DNA of 64,000 bases from positions 806,001-870,000 of the forward strand of contig LSRY02000031.1 of assembly GCA_001643675.2 (NCBI GenBank), in the 5' to 3' direction. This document shows positions 11,355 to 23,800 of the stretch, in pieces; positions within the stretch are counted from its first letter, which is position 1; every line of letters starts with the position of its first letter. Below the pieces are notes generated by a model that saw nothing but the letters and a program-made list of their open reading frames with translations, searched no databases and had not been told where the DNA came from. This DNA is from Monocercomonoides exilis PA203. Its lineage: Eukaryota; Protista; Preaxostyla. Made by a program: the position numbers and the translations under genes.

Positions 11355-11624
11355 TTTCAATTGATGTTCTTTTCTCAAAGCAATCAAAGATCTACGGACA
11401 CATTAATTGCACAATCATTATTGCTATTTATGGTCTATCACATACTTCGTATCTTTTGGTATTTTCGAGTTTGCACAGTCTTTTTGAAATAAATTCGAGA
11501 ACGCGTATTTACAAATATTGCGTCCAAAATAAATGATTTCAAAAAGACTGTGCAAACTCGAAAATATAAGAATTGTGCAATGTGTCCGTAGATCTTTGAT
11601 TGCTGAAAAAAGAACATCAGTGAA

Positions 11625-14600
11625 AATGTTTCTGACTTTGTATTTTGCAGTTGTCTCCATATATGCAGATCTTCAAGTGTTTGTTCAAGAAAATGAACTG
11701 ATCTTTTGAAAAGATGCATATAATAATGATGAAATGGATGAATCATCACATATAAAGCAGATGATAATTCATCTGCGAATTGAAAACGTTTCATTAATGA
11801 TCGGGTCTGGCGAAAACAAGACTGGTTAAAAATAAACTGTACATATCTTACTGTGAAAAGGTGCTGTTAACTAGGCAAAATGTGACATTCAATATCTGTT
11901 TATATATCGTTATCACTGAAATGTATCTGGCTGATGAGCTTGGGTAACATTCTTTGATTGCAAATTCGAAGCTTCATTCAGTCTCTTCCATAACAAACTG
12001 TCACCTAATCTGCCTTGTGTTAGTCAACAGCAGAAACAGCCAATATTCATCTGGTGGTGGATGAAGGTGAAGTTAATATCTTCAGTGATATGCCTGCTAA
12101 GTTTCAACCACTCCGTTTGTTGACAAAACAACAAGTACATGATGCATCGACATTAATAACATAAGTCAGTGTGAAGTATGGGAAAAGCAAGTGAGTATTG
12201 AAGTGAATGTTGTACCTGTGTAAATCAACAGAAGAAGCATCTAATGCTACAAGTGGGCATTGTATGTTGAAAGTGATCAATCAATGGCAAATTTAATAGG
12301 AAAGCAAACATTTTTAAATGCAGCAACAACATTACTTCTGTGAAATGTAATCTGATAGATGCCAAAAATAACAAATGCAAATCGGTCTGAGGAAGAAAAT
12401 TGACAGTTGAGTGCAAAAACTGGTTCATTTTGTTTTTGGAAGTAGATGAAAGTTCAAGAGAAACCGAAATATGAAAAAAGTGGAAACAATGACTGGTTTG
12501 TTGCAGCTAAGGAGCTGATGAAGATGAAGATATTGTTTCACTTCAGTATATTTGATCCACATGGGCATATGTTCAAAGTGGAGCGAATGACGCTGATGGA
12601 ACAAAGGAAAACCATTTTCAACATAATTATTAGAGAAATCAAGGGCCAGGAAATTTTCCATCAAAATATTAAAAGAAAATGAAAACTCAAACCAAGCAGC
12701 CCATAAGCGAAGCTGTGACGTTTTCAAAAGACAGGAATTACTATCGAAGAGATTGACTGCGGTAGATCTGTTCACATGCACTAAAACAGTGACATTCATG
12801 AATTTGATTTTTGACTTTCAGCAAAACAAGAAGATGATGATGGATCTGATTCAAATGGAACAGGACCATTTGCATTGATTCACGCAGTTGCAAGTGCAGA
12901 AAATGAATTAAATGCAGAACCAGAATCAGTTTCTCTAACAATTGAGTCTTGCGAGTTTAAGAGACCAACGCCAGCTGCCAATTCAGATGGGATAACAAAT
13001 ACTGGTGATGAAACAGTTGAAATCCATCTTGTGAAAGTGAGTGCAGAACACTGACAATGAATAAAGTCGAATGCACATCGGATAACGAAGTGAAATTTTC
13101 AACAACACCATTTTTAGTTGATGGAACAATAACAACTGTTTCATTGACATCATTGAATCTGAAGAAGATCACATCAAAAGATAGTGCTGTGGTGAAAATT
13201 GTTGGAAATACAGACGCAGCTATTTCAGTGAAATTGGACACATGCACATTCACAGAATGCAAATCGGAAAATGAGACAACTGCAACAACTGGAGCATTAT
13301 TTGTTAAGAGCGAACACGCAGGAAGCACATTTCAGTTGAAGATAACGGAAAAACAAAATTTGAAAATTGCACATGTACAAAGGGGAAATCAGGAGCAATA
13401 TATCTGGAGTTGAAAAACGTAACAAATGCAGATGAACTGACATGGCCAGAAACAGGAACCAATTTAGAATTTACTGGATGCAAGGTTTCAGATTCAGATG
13501 CAACTTCGAATGCTGAAAAGAACACAGGATTATATTTGGATGTGCCAGTCAGCCTTCACAGAGACATTGCAAAAGCGATGAAGCAAAGCTTTGCATCTGG
13601 ATACAAAAAAGGAACAAATAAATGCTTTGTTGTTGCAAAAGGAACTGATAATGAAAATGAAGTTGATTTCACAGAAGTGTATTTTGATCCGATAACAAAT
13701 GTGTATGTCAGTGAAGGAGCAACAGATGATTCCAAAGATGGATTGAGCTATGACAACCCAAAGAAAAACTGGATTCAGCATACAAATTGTTTGGAGTGGG
13801 TGTTGGAGGAGAAAACTTCAAGATCAACATCATCAAAACGAATGAATCATTCAAAGCTGCAGCTGTCACACTTGAGAAATTTTCATTGACAACGATTGTG
13901 GGCGTAACCAAAGCTAATGAAGAAGAATCAGAAACAGAAGTGGAGATCGATTGCAATGTTGAATCAGACAGTCATTTGTTCACATGCAAGAGTGAAGTTG
14001 AGTTCAGAGGAATTTCCTTCTTATTCCCATTGTCATTGGATAAGACAAAGGAATCAAATACCGATCCACATTCATTGATCGTTGCAGACTGTGAAAATGC
14101 TAAGTTGAATTTAGTGAACTGCAAATTTGTGAAACCAGAGCCGGTTGCACCCAGTAATGATGAAAAAGTTGCAAAAATCCATCTTGTTTATGTGAAAGCA
14201 GGAGAACTTACAATGAGTGGAGTTGAATGCAAGGGCAATAATGAAGTGAAATTCCAAGAATCGTTGTTTGTTATTAGCGAATCCTCTTCAGTCAAATTTG
14301 ATACAGTTGAGATCAATAAAGTGAGTATGACAGACGGAGCAGCAATCAACATTCTTGATGCCGCTGATAAAGCTTCGAGTGTTCAAATAGAAGGGTTGAC
14401 CATGAATGAAGTGAAATCATCGAAGGGATTGTCTGCGGGTGTTATGATCAAGATGGTTGATAATGGTTCAAAAGTGGAAATGGGAAGAGATAAAAAATGT
14501 TCATTCAAAACATGTGAAGCAGCAAGTGGAAAGGCAGGAGCTATTCTCATTGAAGTGAAAGATGCGGTTGGTAATTTGAAACTTCCGGGTGAAGGCAAAC

Positions 14601-14959
14601 TTGAGTTTGGTGACAACAAAGGGAAAGATTCATCGGTTGCATCGTTGTGTATTATTGCGCCAGACTTTGATGAGTACAGCAAGCAAGAAGATGCATTTGG
14701 GTTTGCGAAGGATTACAACGATGATAATAAAGGATGGATTGTGGGGGCAAAAGAAGAAGGTGGTGATCTTGAAGATGTGTATGAGAAATACCTTAAGCAC
14801 AAAGAACCGAAAGATGAACCAGAACCAGAAAAGAAGAAGATGATGAGTGCAGGAACTGTGGTTGCTATTGTTGTTCCTATTGTGGTTGTGGTGGTTGTGG
14901 TGGTTGTTGTGATTATTGCAATTGTTGTTGTCAGGAAGAGAAGATCTCGGAACAACTAA
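11625..14959 (+). pseudogene. Error-riddled mirror copy of the 7572..11354 surface protein (right arm of the fold-back)
   Basis: Same sequence inverted. Dense deletions at 11600-13000 and homopolymer frameshifts at ~13330 and ~13770. Intact only from 13787. Confidence 0.8.
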
Positions 14960-15399
14960 AAATAAATGGAGGAGTGAATTCAGTGATTGTTGTTGATGCA
15001 TATTGACAAAGAAAAGTTGCATACTTATTATTTTTCTATTTTGATTTTATTCATAAGTTAAACCAGTTAAGCTGATGTTTTGTATTTTTATTGATATGCT
15101 TGTTTGTTGTCGCCAAATGAGCTATATTAAGTATTTTTCCTTTTTGTTTTTAAATATTTTCATTGTACAACACTATTAACTGTTTTCATCATCAAGGCTG
15201 TTTTCGGTCCTTGATGAATATATTAGAATAAGTTGTTTTTCTGTTTTTCTTTTTCTTTTTCAGAATTTATATAAGAATCATCGTTCATTTGCTATTCACT
15301 TTTGCTCCTTGCTGAAAAAAAAGATTATATTTCGATAATCAATAGTTTTGATTATTTTTGTAAAAAGAACGTTGATATTTATTGATTTATTTTTCAATG

Positions 15400-18300
15400 A
15401 TCAAAACACAAACGTTTTGATTACAGAGAAAACATTTATTTCACTTCCTTCTCTTATATTTTTGAGAGCGCCACGTTATGGGTCAGTCACGATCGCTGTT
15501 CAAAAGGAAACATATCGACCATCTTCATGGGAACCGGACTCGCAACCGAACCTTGCGCAGCTCCGCTGACTGGTTGCCCTCCGAGTGCAATTCCCTCAAT
15601 AGCAGGGAGTTATTCCGCTTCCCAATCAAGCGTTTAGTCGGAGCTTGATGGCCGGACAGATCCAACACGAATTGAAGAAGATGAAGGAGATTCTTCCTTG
15701 CAGCAAGCTTTCATGGAAATATTTGGACAGCCACCAGAAATTTCACTTTACGATATGCATCCACCAGAGAATAAAATTAACGAAGCATTATTATTATTGA
15801 AAGATAAAGATTTGAGTCCTTTAATCCAGAATGCTCCACCACCATTTACAAGATCCAAAGTGTTTTGGAAAGACGCACTCGATCGTGTGGCGGAACGGAC
15901 GGAAACATATCTTTATCCAGCAATAAAGTTACTTATCTCGGCATGCTCTAATACCAAATCAGAAGACACAACAAAAGAAATGATAGCAGATTCATGTTAA
16001 CTTTTAGCCCAAGCTCTTAAAGAAACTCGACACGTGAGAATACAAGCTCTACATGGATTTTCTGAAGCAGAAAAAATGAAAGACGAGTTTTCATCATCGC
16101 TGTTAACTCAGAGGCAAAAAGATATTCTAGAAGAATCAAAGAAAACATCCTTAAAATTAAGATGGGGATTGGCAAGTATTTCGAATTCATATGCAAGGAA
16201 GAAACAAACCATGGGAATTCAAAGCGGAACAAGGAATTATCGGTTTTTTCGAGATTGGCCCCGGACGACCAGCGCAAGACGATCATTTATCACAAACAGC
16301 GCTTCAAGAGGTTATTCAAGAGGAAGTTCTGGTGACAATACAAAGTCTCAATAAAACACGACTTAACAATTGGTAGAAAAACAGCGTTATTTGTCAAGGC
16401 TTGGAAAATGGTGGGAGGAGAAAAAGATGATCAAAAGAGGAGTTGTTCCGGTTTGGAGGAGTGCCAAAGCATGTTGAATCCTTATCAATTCTCAGGAAAA
16501 TAAAAGGAGATCGGAGCAATCACAAGAAGCAAGTGAAGCCTTTGCAGAATTGATAAAAGTTCAAGTGAAAACAGGAATTCTTAGGAAAATCACCAAAACC
16601 AAGTGAAATTTGTCAATCCAATATTTGAAGTCAGGAAAAGGAACGGGTGCTGGAGACAGATTGTGGATTGCAGGAGGTTAAACAATACGATAAAAACTAT
16701 TCACTTCAAACAAGAGAACCATAGATCTATGGAGAGAATAATAAAGAAGGGAGATTTCGCAGTCACACTGGATTTAAGCCAAGTGAACTATCTCATCAAG
16801 GTTTCCGAGGATTTCACTCCTTTTCTAAGATTCGAATTCAACAAAGAATTTTATTGCTTCACCAGCATGCCTTTCGGTTACAAGGACTCTCTAAGAATAT
16901 TCACAAAAATAATGAGAAAGGTCATTGCTTTCATTCGGGAAAGATGGAAGGTGAAAGTTGTCGCATATTTAGACGACATTGTCTTGCTCCATCAAGACAA
17001 GCAAGAACTAAAGAGAATCGCACAAGAAGTTATAAGTCTATTTCAGAAACTTTGACTAATTGTTAATCTGGAAAAGAGCCACATAGAACAATCAAATTGT
17101 TTTTCATTCCTCGGATATTCATGGGACACTTCCAACCTCACCGTAACTTTAGAGAAAGACAGAAAGAAAGAATTGCTCAAAGAATGCTACAGATGGAGGC
17201 GCAGAGCACTGAAATGCAAGCAAACAAGAGTGAGAAATTTCACATCGTTCATTGGCAAGCTAAGTGCAACTCGCTTCGTTATCAAGGAAGCTTCACTCCT
17301 TCTTCCATCGATGTACATGCTGCTGAACAGAATGATCAGAAGGTGGTGTGGAAAGGAAAGATGAGAATCAACCCATCAATCCTTCCGAGTATTCAAAAAT
17401 GGATAACGAGGCTGAATGCGAACAAACCGAGACAGCTTTGCCCATTATTCCTGCCACAAGCAGCCTTAACGACAGATGCATCAGAGAGAGCTATGGGAGC
17501 GGTTCTTCAAATGAACAACAAGAAATACGATTTTCATCAATCGCTTCCAGGGAAATTGAGATGCCAGAGCTCGAATTACAGGGAATTATATGCAACCAGT
17601 CGAGCACTCAGCCATTTCAACAACCTTCTTTAGGTGAACAAAGTCTGTAGATTGCTAATCAGATCAGACAATACAACAGCGGTTTTCAATGTCAATCGAT
17701 GAAATGCAGGAACAAACCTCAGGAAGTTGCTGATGAAAATATAGACATTTGTTCAGAACAATCACATTCAGATAAAAGCCCAACACTTGCCAGGGACGAA
17801 GAATGTCAGAGCAGATGCTCTATCCAGGCTAGAAAGAGGGAGATTACTCCATTAAACAAGAAGAGTCAAACGAGATCACGGAAAACCTCAATTTCAAAAT
17901 AACGTTGGATGCGTTCGCAACGAACGAGAACACGAAAGCGGACCGATTGTGCGTTCCTGGAAGCACACTCAACTAAGACGGACTCCAGCAATCATGGCAA
18001 AGAGGTGTTATTTTAGCCCATCAGCAGATTCCACTAATAGTCCCAGCGATTGCAAAATCAATAGAGGAAAATGCACATGTTTTTCTTCTGATGCCAGATT
18101 GGAGAGGGCAGATATGGGAACCGCTGATAAAAATATCGAGACACTTCGAATGGAGATGGAAAGAACAGAACCAGGTTTTGAAGGAAGGAAGATGGATGAA
18201 ACGGATGGAATCAAGCCTACCGCGAGGCAGAATGAGAATAGTCCTTATCAATCCTGAGAATCACACCGAGAAGAATGGTTTCGGAGAATGCTCTTTTCAA

Positions 18301-20034
18301 AGGGATTTTCCGAAAGGGTGATCGATGAAAGCAAAAATAGCGTTGCCGAAAACGCATGGAAAGGATATTCATATTGATATGTGCGTTTTAGTGAAATATG
18401 GGAAGATAATAGGAAAGGAGAACCACCCGAATCATGGAGTGAGTGGGTTGAAAAATGTGCTTCCATTTTCATTAGCCTGAAAGACAAAGGCACGAAGTCT
18501 TCGACGCTCAGACAAACATGCGCTGCATTATCGCTCATCTCAGAATTACTGTTCAATCGAGGACTGGGAGAATCTGCACTCATGCAAAGACTATTAAAAT
18601 CATTCCGAAGATCAGAAAACAGGAAAAAAGAGACAAACCAGAGATCTGGAACCCCCAACTCCTGCTGCAGAAAATAACATCATAAGGAAAGAACAGGAAT
18701 CTTGACTTTCATGAATAGACAAAAAAAGGCAATATGTACATGGATGTTGTTCTCCGCCTGTCGATTTACGGAGTTGGAAAGGATAAACCTGCAGATTTCA
18801 ACAATTGGAGACGATTCAATAAAACTCGATTCATCATTAAAAACATCAGCAGAACGTCCAGATATTATCATCCCGTTCATAAAAGAACAGCCGCTTGTGT
18901 GTCCAGCAGCTTCAGTTAAGGAACATTGGAACAGAATCAAAGAATCTCAGCCAAATGCAACTTCACTATTCATAGATGAGAAAATTCATCAAACCCTTTC
19001 TGTGAGAAAGATTCGTAATTATGCAGCCGAAATGTTTCAGGATGCTGGGATTCCGAAGTTTTTCGGGCATTACTCATTGAAGCATGCGTCAATCACTGCG
19101 CTAACGATGGTAGAAATTCCATTAGCCCAAATTGCTAAGTTAACCAGACTCTCTCCTAGAAGCAACGCCATCACAAAGCATTACGTCCAATCAGATGTGT
19201 CAAGCAAGCTGGCCCACATGACAGCAAGATGCAATTCAACTATTCTCCAACCTGAAGAAAGTGGGACTGCGTCAGAGTCCGATTCAGATTCTGAGGCGGA
19301 ATCCGATTCCGAAACAAATTCCAGTTCAAACTCAGAAGAGCAAATACCAACAATGGAAATATGTGAAAACGGAGATCAAAAACAACAAACAGTATTTGCA
19401 TACACAGATAAAGTTGAAGAACCAGAGGACACAGAAGAAAACAATGCTTCACAGACAGTAATCAGCGAGGCTAAGATTGAATTCATTATCCGCACAAGAT
19501 CTCAAAGAAGAAAAGAAATGGAAAAGAAACAACACGAAGAAAAGGATGTTTGTTCAAGTTAATTCACATTATCAAACCTTCCCAATTATTGATGCTCTCA
19601 TAAATACAAGAGAAGGAAGTGTAATAAATGTTTTCTCTGTAATCAAAACGCTTGTGTTTTGATTGAAAGAAAATGGTTATTTCACTTCCTTCTCTACTCC
19701 CTCCACAACTAAGATATCCCATTCCCTTATAAATTCGTCATTGCTGAATAACAATGTGGGAAAAAATCAACACTTATAATTCCTTCTCTTTACAGTTTGC
19801 ATTTAAAAACATTTAATTTAATTAAATTGTATCTTTCTTGTTTCAAACATGTGTTTTCACTGCATTTGTAATAATTTTCAATTTGCCAAGTGTCAGTTCC
19901 CTTTTAAAAATTCACATTTGCTCCTTTGTTCACCATTTCATTAAGTGCCATTTTAATCAGCTGGGTGACTAACCCATAACGTGGCGCTCTCATAAATACA
20001 AGAGAAGGAAGTGAAATAACCATTTTCTCTTTCA
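15400..20034 (+). mobile_element. Mirror copy of the DIRS element at 2481-7122
   Basis: Same ITR/gag/RT/RNase H/YR/ICR sequence inverted, differing mainly by single-base homopolymer indels. Confidence 0.85.
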
Positions 20035-20353
20035 AATATAATCATAAAAATTAGTACAAAAATGAATGTGATCATTACTGAGCCATTTTGTTGTTATTAT
20101 ATAAAAAAATATGAACGATAAAAACAAAAAACAAGCTATTAATAAAGATTTTTCATTCTGCAAACTGAAAATGTTTGAAAACTTTAAATTATTGCTAAAT
20201 GTTGAAGATGAGATATTTTCATTTTCATTTTTTTAATTTGATAAAAAATTACCCGTAACAAATGAACAAAGTTTTAATTCCAAAAAGTCATATTTTCTAT
20301 TTTTCAAAACATTTTGATGTGGTTAATGAAAAGAAGTGAATCAAAAATCTTTC

Positions 20354-20405
<52 letters not shown>

Positions 20406-20864
20406 AATTTGAATGAATGCATTGTTCACTCTTCCTTTTATCAAACTCTATTTCTTACAGATAACAGAGATGATTGGCATCCTCCCATTCTGCATTCTCA
20501 CTGTGTGAAAGAAAAATAAACTGTTGAAAATTACAAATGTGAACGAAAAAAAGAACATCCCAATAATACTGAATTTGAAACAGAAATCACCAGGTGTGTG
20601 CCTATTGGGAAAACTCCAGTTGTCCAAAGGAAGAAAGTGAAAGCCTCACCATGGCTCGGGACGAAGAATGCAGCGAATGACAATCCACTCCCGAAAGCAT
20701 GAATGTGATATGGCAATGCACTTTTCTTCCCAACGAGACACAAACAAAGGAAGGAATTGCTTTCAAACAAACATTCGATTCTTCTCATCCAACATTCTCC
20801 CAGCTCCACTTTTCAATTCTTCATGCTTCCCAAATGCATTTCTCAAATGAAAAAAATCATCGTT

Positions 20865-23800
20865 TCATTCCATCCGACTGAAGCTCCCATCTGTGTCTTC
20901 GCTGTCTGCCTCTTCACATCTCGATCCATCTCCAATATCCAACGCGTCTGATGCCGTCACAAACATCGACCCCATCGGCATCTTCATGAACAGCTCCCGC
21001 TTCACATCCCCCAATGTCACCCGCTCATCCCACCCCTGCGCCACACACTTCTCCTCCAACTCCCGAAGACTGCTCCCTCCCATCTTCTCCACCTTCGGCC
21101 GCTCCCCATTCACTATCTTCTGCCCTGCCACCACTCCCTCATACTCCCCAAACGGGATCTCCAGCGTCACACACTCCCACACCATCATCCCAATCGAGAA
21201 TACCACCGACTCCTTTGTCGCCCCCATCTTCTTGCTCATCTGCAGCTCTGGCGCCTTCCATCGCAAACACTCTTTTTTGAAAGCATTTTCATCCTCTTCA
21301 AATGCTGATGAGGGAAGAGAGTCACTTTCATCGTCATCACCATCATCACTGGCAGATGTCACAACTGTTGATGATGAGATGGAGGATGAATCTGAATCAT
21401 CATCTGACAATAAGTCAGAGTGCATCACAATACAAATCACCATGTGTTCTGAGAACAGAACAATGTGTGGGCTCAGATTGGCCAACGACTGAAGTGGGTT
21501 TTCCATCTCCTCAAAAGAGTGGAGTGCGAGGTTAGCAACCCAGAACAACACTTGAGCGGCTGTTTGTTCTCTTTCTTTCAAGCTCCCAATCGCCATCTCT
21601 TTTGTCTTATTCCTCCCATGAAGCAGCATGAATAGTGAATCCCTCAGATCCACGATCAGCTTCTCATGAGGTGATGAGCAGGCCATTGCATCAACAAGAT
21701 TCGACATCGATGAGGTAGTTGGACACAGATCCTCACCTCGGACAAATGTTGAATCTGAATCAGTTGAACATGTCGAAGATATTGATGGAGATTGTGTTCT
21801 TTTTCTTGTCTCTTCTTCTGTTTCATCAACCTTCTCCAACATCCATTCTGGGATCTTGTCTGAGTCCCTTCCAAGGATGTATTCTGTCGATCCACTCTCA
21901 CTCAATAAATGCTCTGATGACTCGGAGTGTCCCAATGTTTTCTCATACACTCTCTTCTTCATCCTCTCCTCATTCTTCTTCTCTGCCTCCCTCTTTGCTC
22001 TCCTCCACTGATCCTCAGGTGACATTTCCATCGTCACCATCTCAAATGCCTTTGGATCCTTTTTCACTGTGTCATTCACAATCTCTCTCAGATCTTTCGC
22101 TTCATTCTTCGCCCTCCTCCATCGAATAGCCAAAACAACAGATACAATCAGAACAATCAATAATATAACAACAAGAACAATCACAATCAACAACCAATAT
22201 GATTTCCCTTCTTTCCTTCCTTCAACAAGCTTTCCTTCTCCATTTGTTTTTGATTCGCTCTTGTTCTTCACAATGAAAGAATCTGTTGATGATGGATTAT
22301 TTCCATCTCCAAACAGAATGCACACGCTCACCTCCACCCCTTCTCCTGCTTCCGTAATCATCTCTTTCGACAGTCTCCCTTCAACTTCTATCTCTGACAC
22401 ATATCCACTTTCATCAAATCCATGCTTCTCAATCTGCTTTTCTTTTCCCATCTGCCTCACAACCATGAATGACAAGTTGCATGGCAGCAGCTCCTTCCCT
22501 TTGAACACAATCTCCACTTCTTCTCCCACTTCCTTTGCTTCAACATTTTCCAGGACTGGAATGAAGAATGGGGATGCTCTTTCAGAAATAATCCCTTCAA
22601 AATTGCATCCTTCATTCAGAATCCAAAGTGATGAATTGTCTTTCACTCCATCACCTCCTTTCAAACTGGAGATTGTCAGTGAGGCAGAATTTAAGCAAAT
22701 AATGTTTCTTCTGACTGATTGGTAATTCACAATCGAAGGATTGTTATTCACAAACTCCCCTTTCTCAATCGTCACAGATCCTCCACTCACACTCATCCCT
22801 CCCTTCGATGAGTTGCAAATCGTGGTGTCTCTCACAACTGCTTCACTCATCGACAAGTCAACAACTGACCCATTCCATTTGCACACTTCATCAGCAACTC
22901 CATTCACTTCTGTTCCTGTTTCCAGATTCCCCTCAAACACGCACAAATCGATTAACATTTTGTTTGCATTTGTTATCGTTACCTGGCTCCCCTTTGGTGA
23001 CTCTGATGTGCACTCGTGAAAAGAGCAGTTGCACATCTCAAATCCAATCATCGGCTGACTTGTGCAAACAATGCAAGACCCATCACTCGATCGGCTGATG
23101 TTTGTGAATGATGATAATATCAATGACAAAACGAGTGATGAGTGGCTGTTTTCAAGTGATATAAGGCTTCTCTCTTCCAACTCAATGTTTGTGGCTGCAA
23201 GCTTCGAAATGCTCACTTTCTCACTTTTCCCACATTCAATCAACGAACTCCTGCATTCCACATCATCCACTCCCACATCCTCAAATGTTGCCCTTTCAGA
23301 ACTCAATATCTCAAATACAGGATTCGAGAAGCTCAAGTGGCCAACGATGCACTTTTCTGCCTCAAACAACCCTTCTTCAACAACAATCAGAGAAAAGTCA
23401 AAAATAATCTGTGTATTTTCTGTTGTTCTGCTCTCTGACAAGAATGAAACAGATTCCAGAATGAGAGATCCATTCAGCTGGTGCATCAAGCACGAGCAGA
23501 CAATATTCCCCATTCCACCAAAAACAAATGACACATTCTCAAATCGAACAGACTCTGATGTTCTCACAACACCCTCACTTCCAAGTTCAATCTCTTTCAC
23601 TTTTATCTCTCCATTCCTGCTCGCCTCCATCGACTTGATCGTCACCTTCTCAGCTGAGCATGAACCAGTCAATTCTGTCTCATTCCAAACAAACAGCTGC
23701 GAATAATCCGATGGGATGATGTGGCTCACCCCAACATTCAGCGATGAGCATGTGCTCTTCATCTCCCCACACTGCTTGCTGTCGCTGCTGTTCTCCACAA

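Larger units (their letters stand above)
1..22509. repeat. Giant inverted repeat / fold-back (arms 1-11490 and 11536-22509, ~45-nt loop), probably a sequencing or assembly artefact
   Basis: Base 1 (tgtgttcaaagggaagg) pairs with 22509. attttcgagtttgcacagtctttttgaaat (11461-11490) is the reverse complement of 11536-11565. The ORFs are mirrored (e.g. 5467..5919- vs 16603..17055+). The right arm lacks ~500 nt through many small deletions concentrated next to the fold. Confidence 0.95.

Noticed and set aside
11461-11565. Hairpin as a terminator, telomere-resolvase site or structured RNA
   Set aside because: It is simply the centre of the 22.5-kb fold-back, which is best explained as an artefact.
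1-22509. Giant TIR transposon (Polinton/foldback-like) or two independent DIRS insertions
   Set aside because: There is no internal unique region, polymerase or integrase. The arms include host genes and differ mainly by error-type indels.
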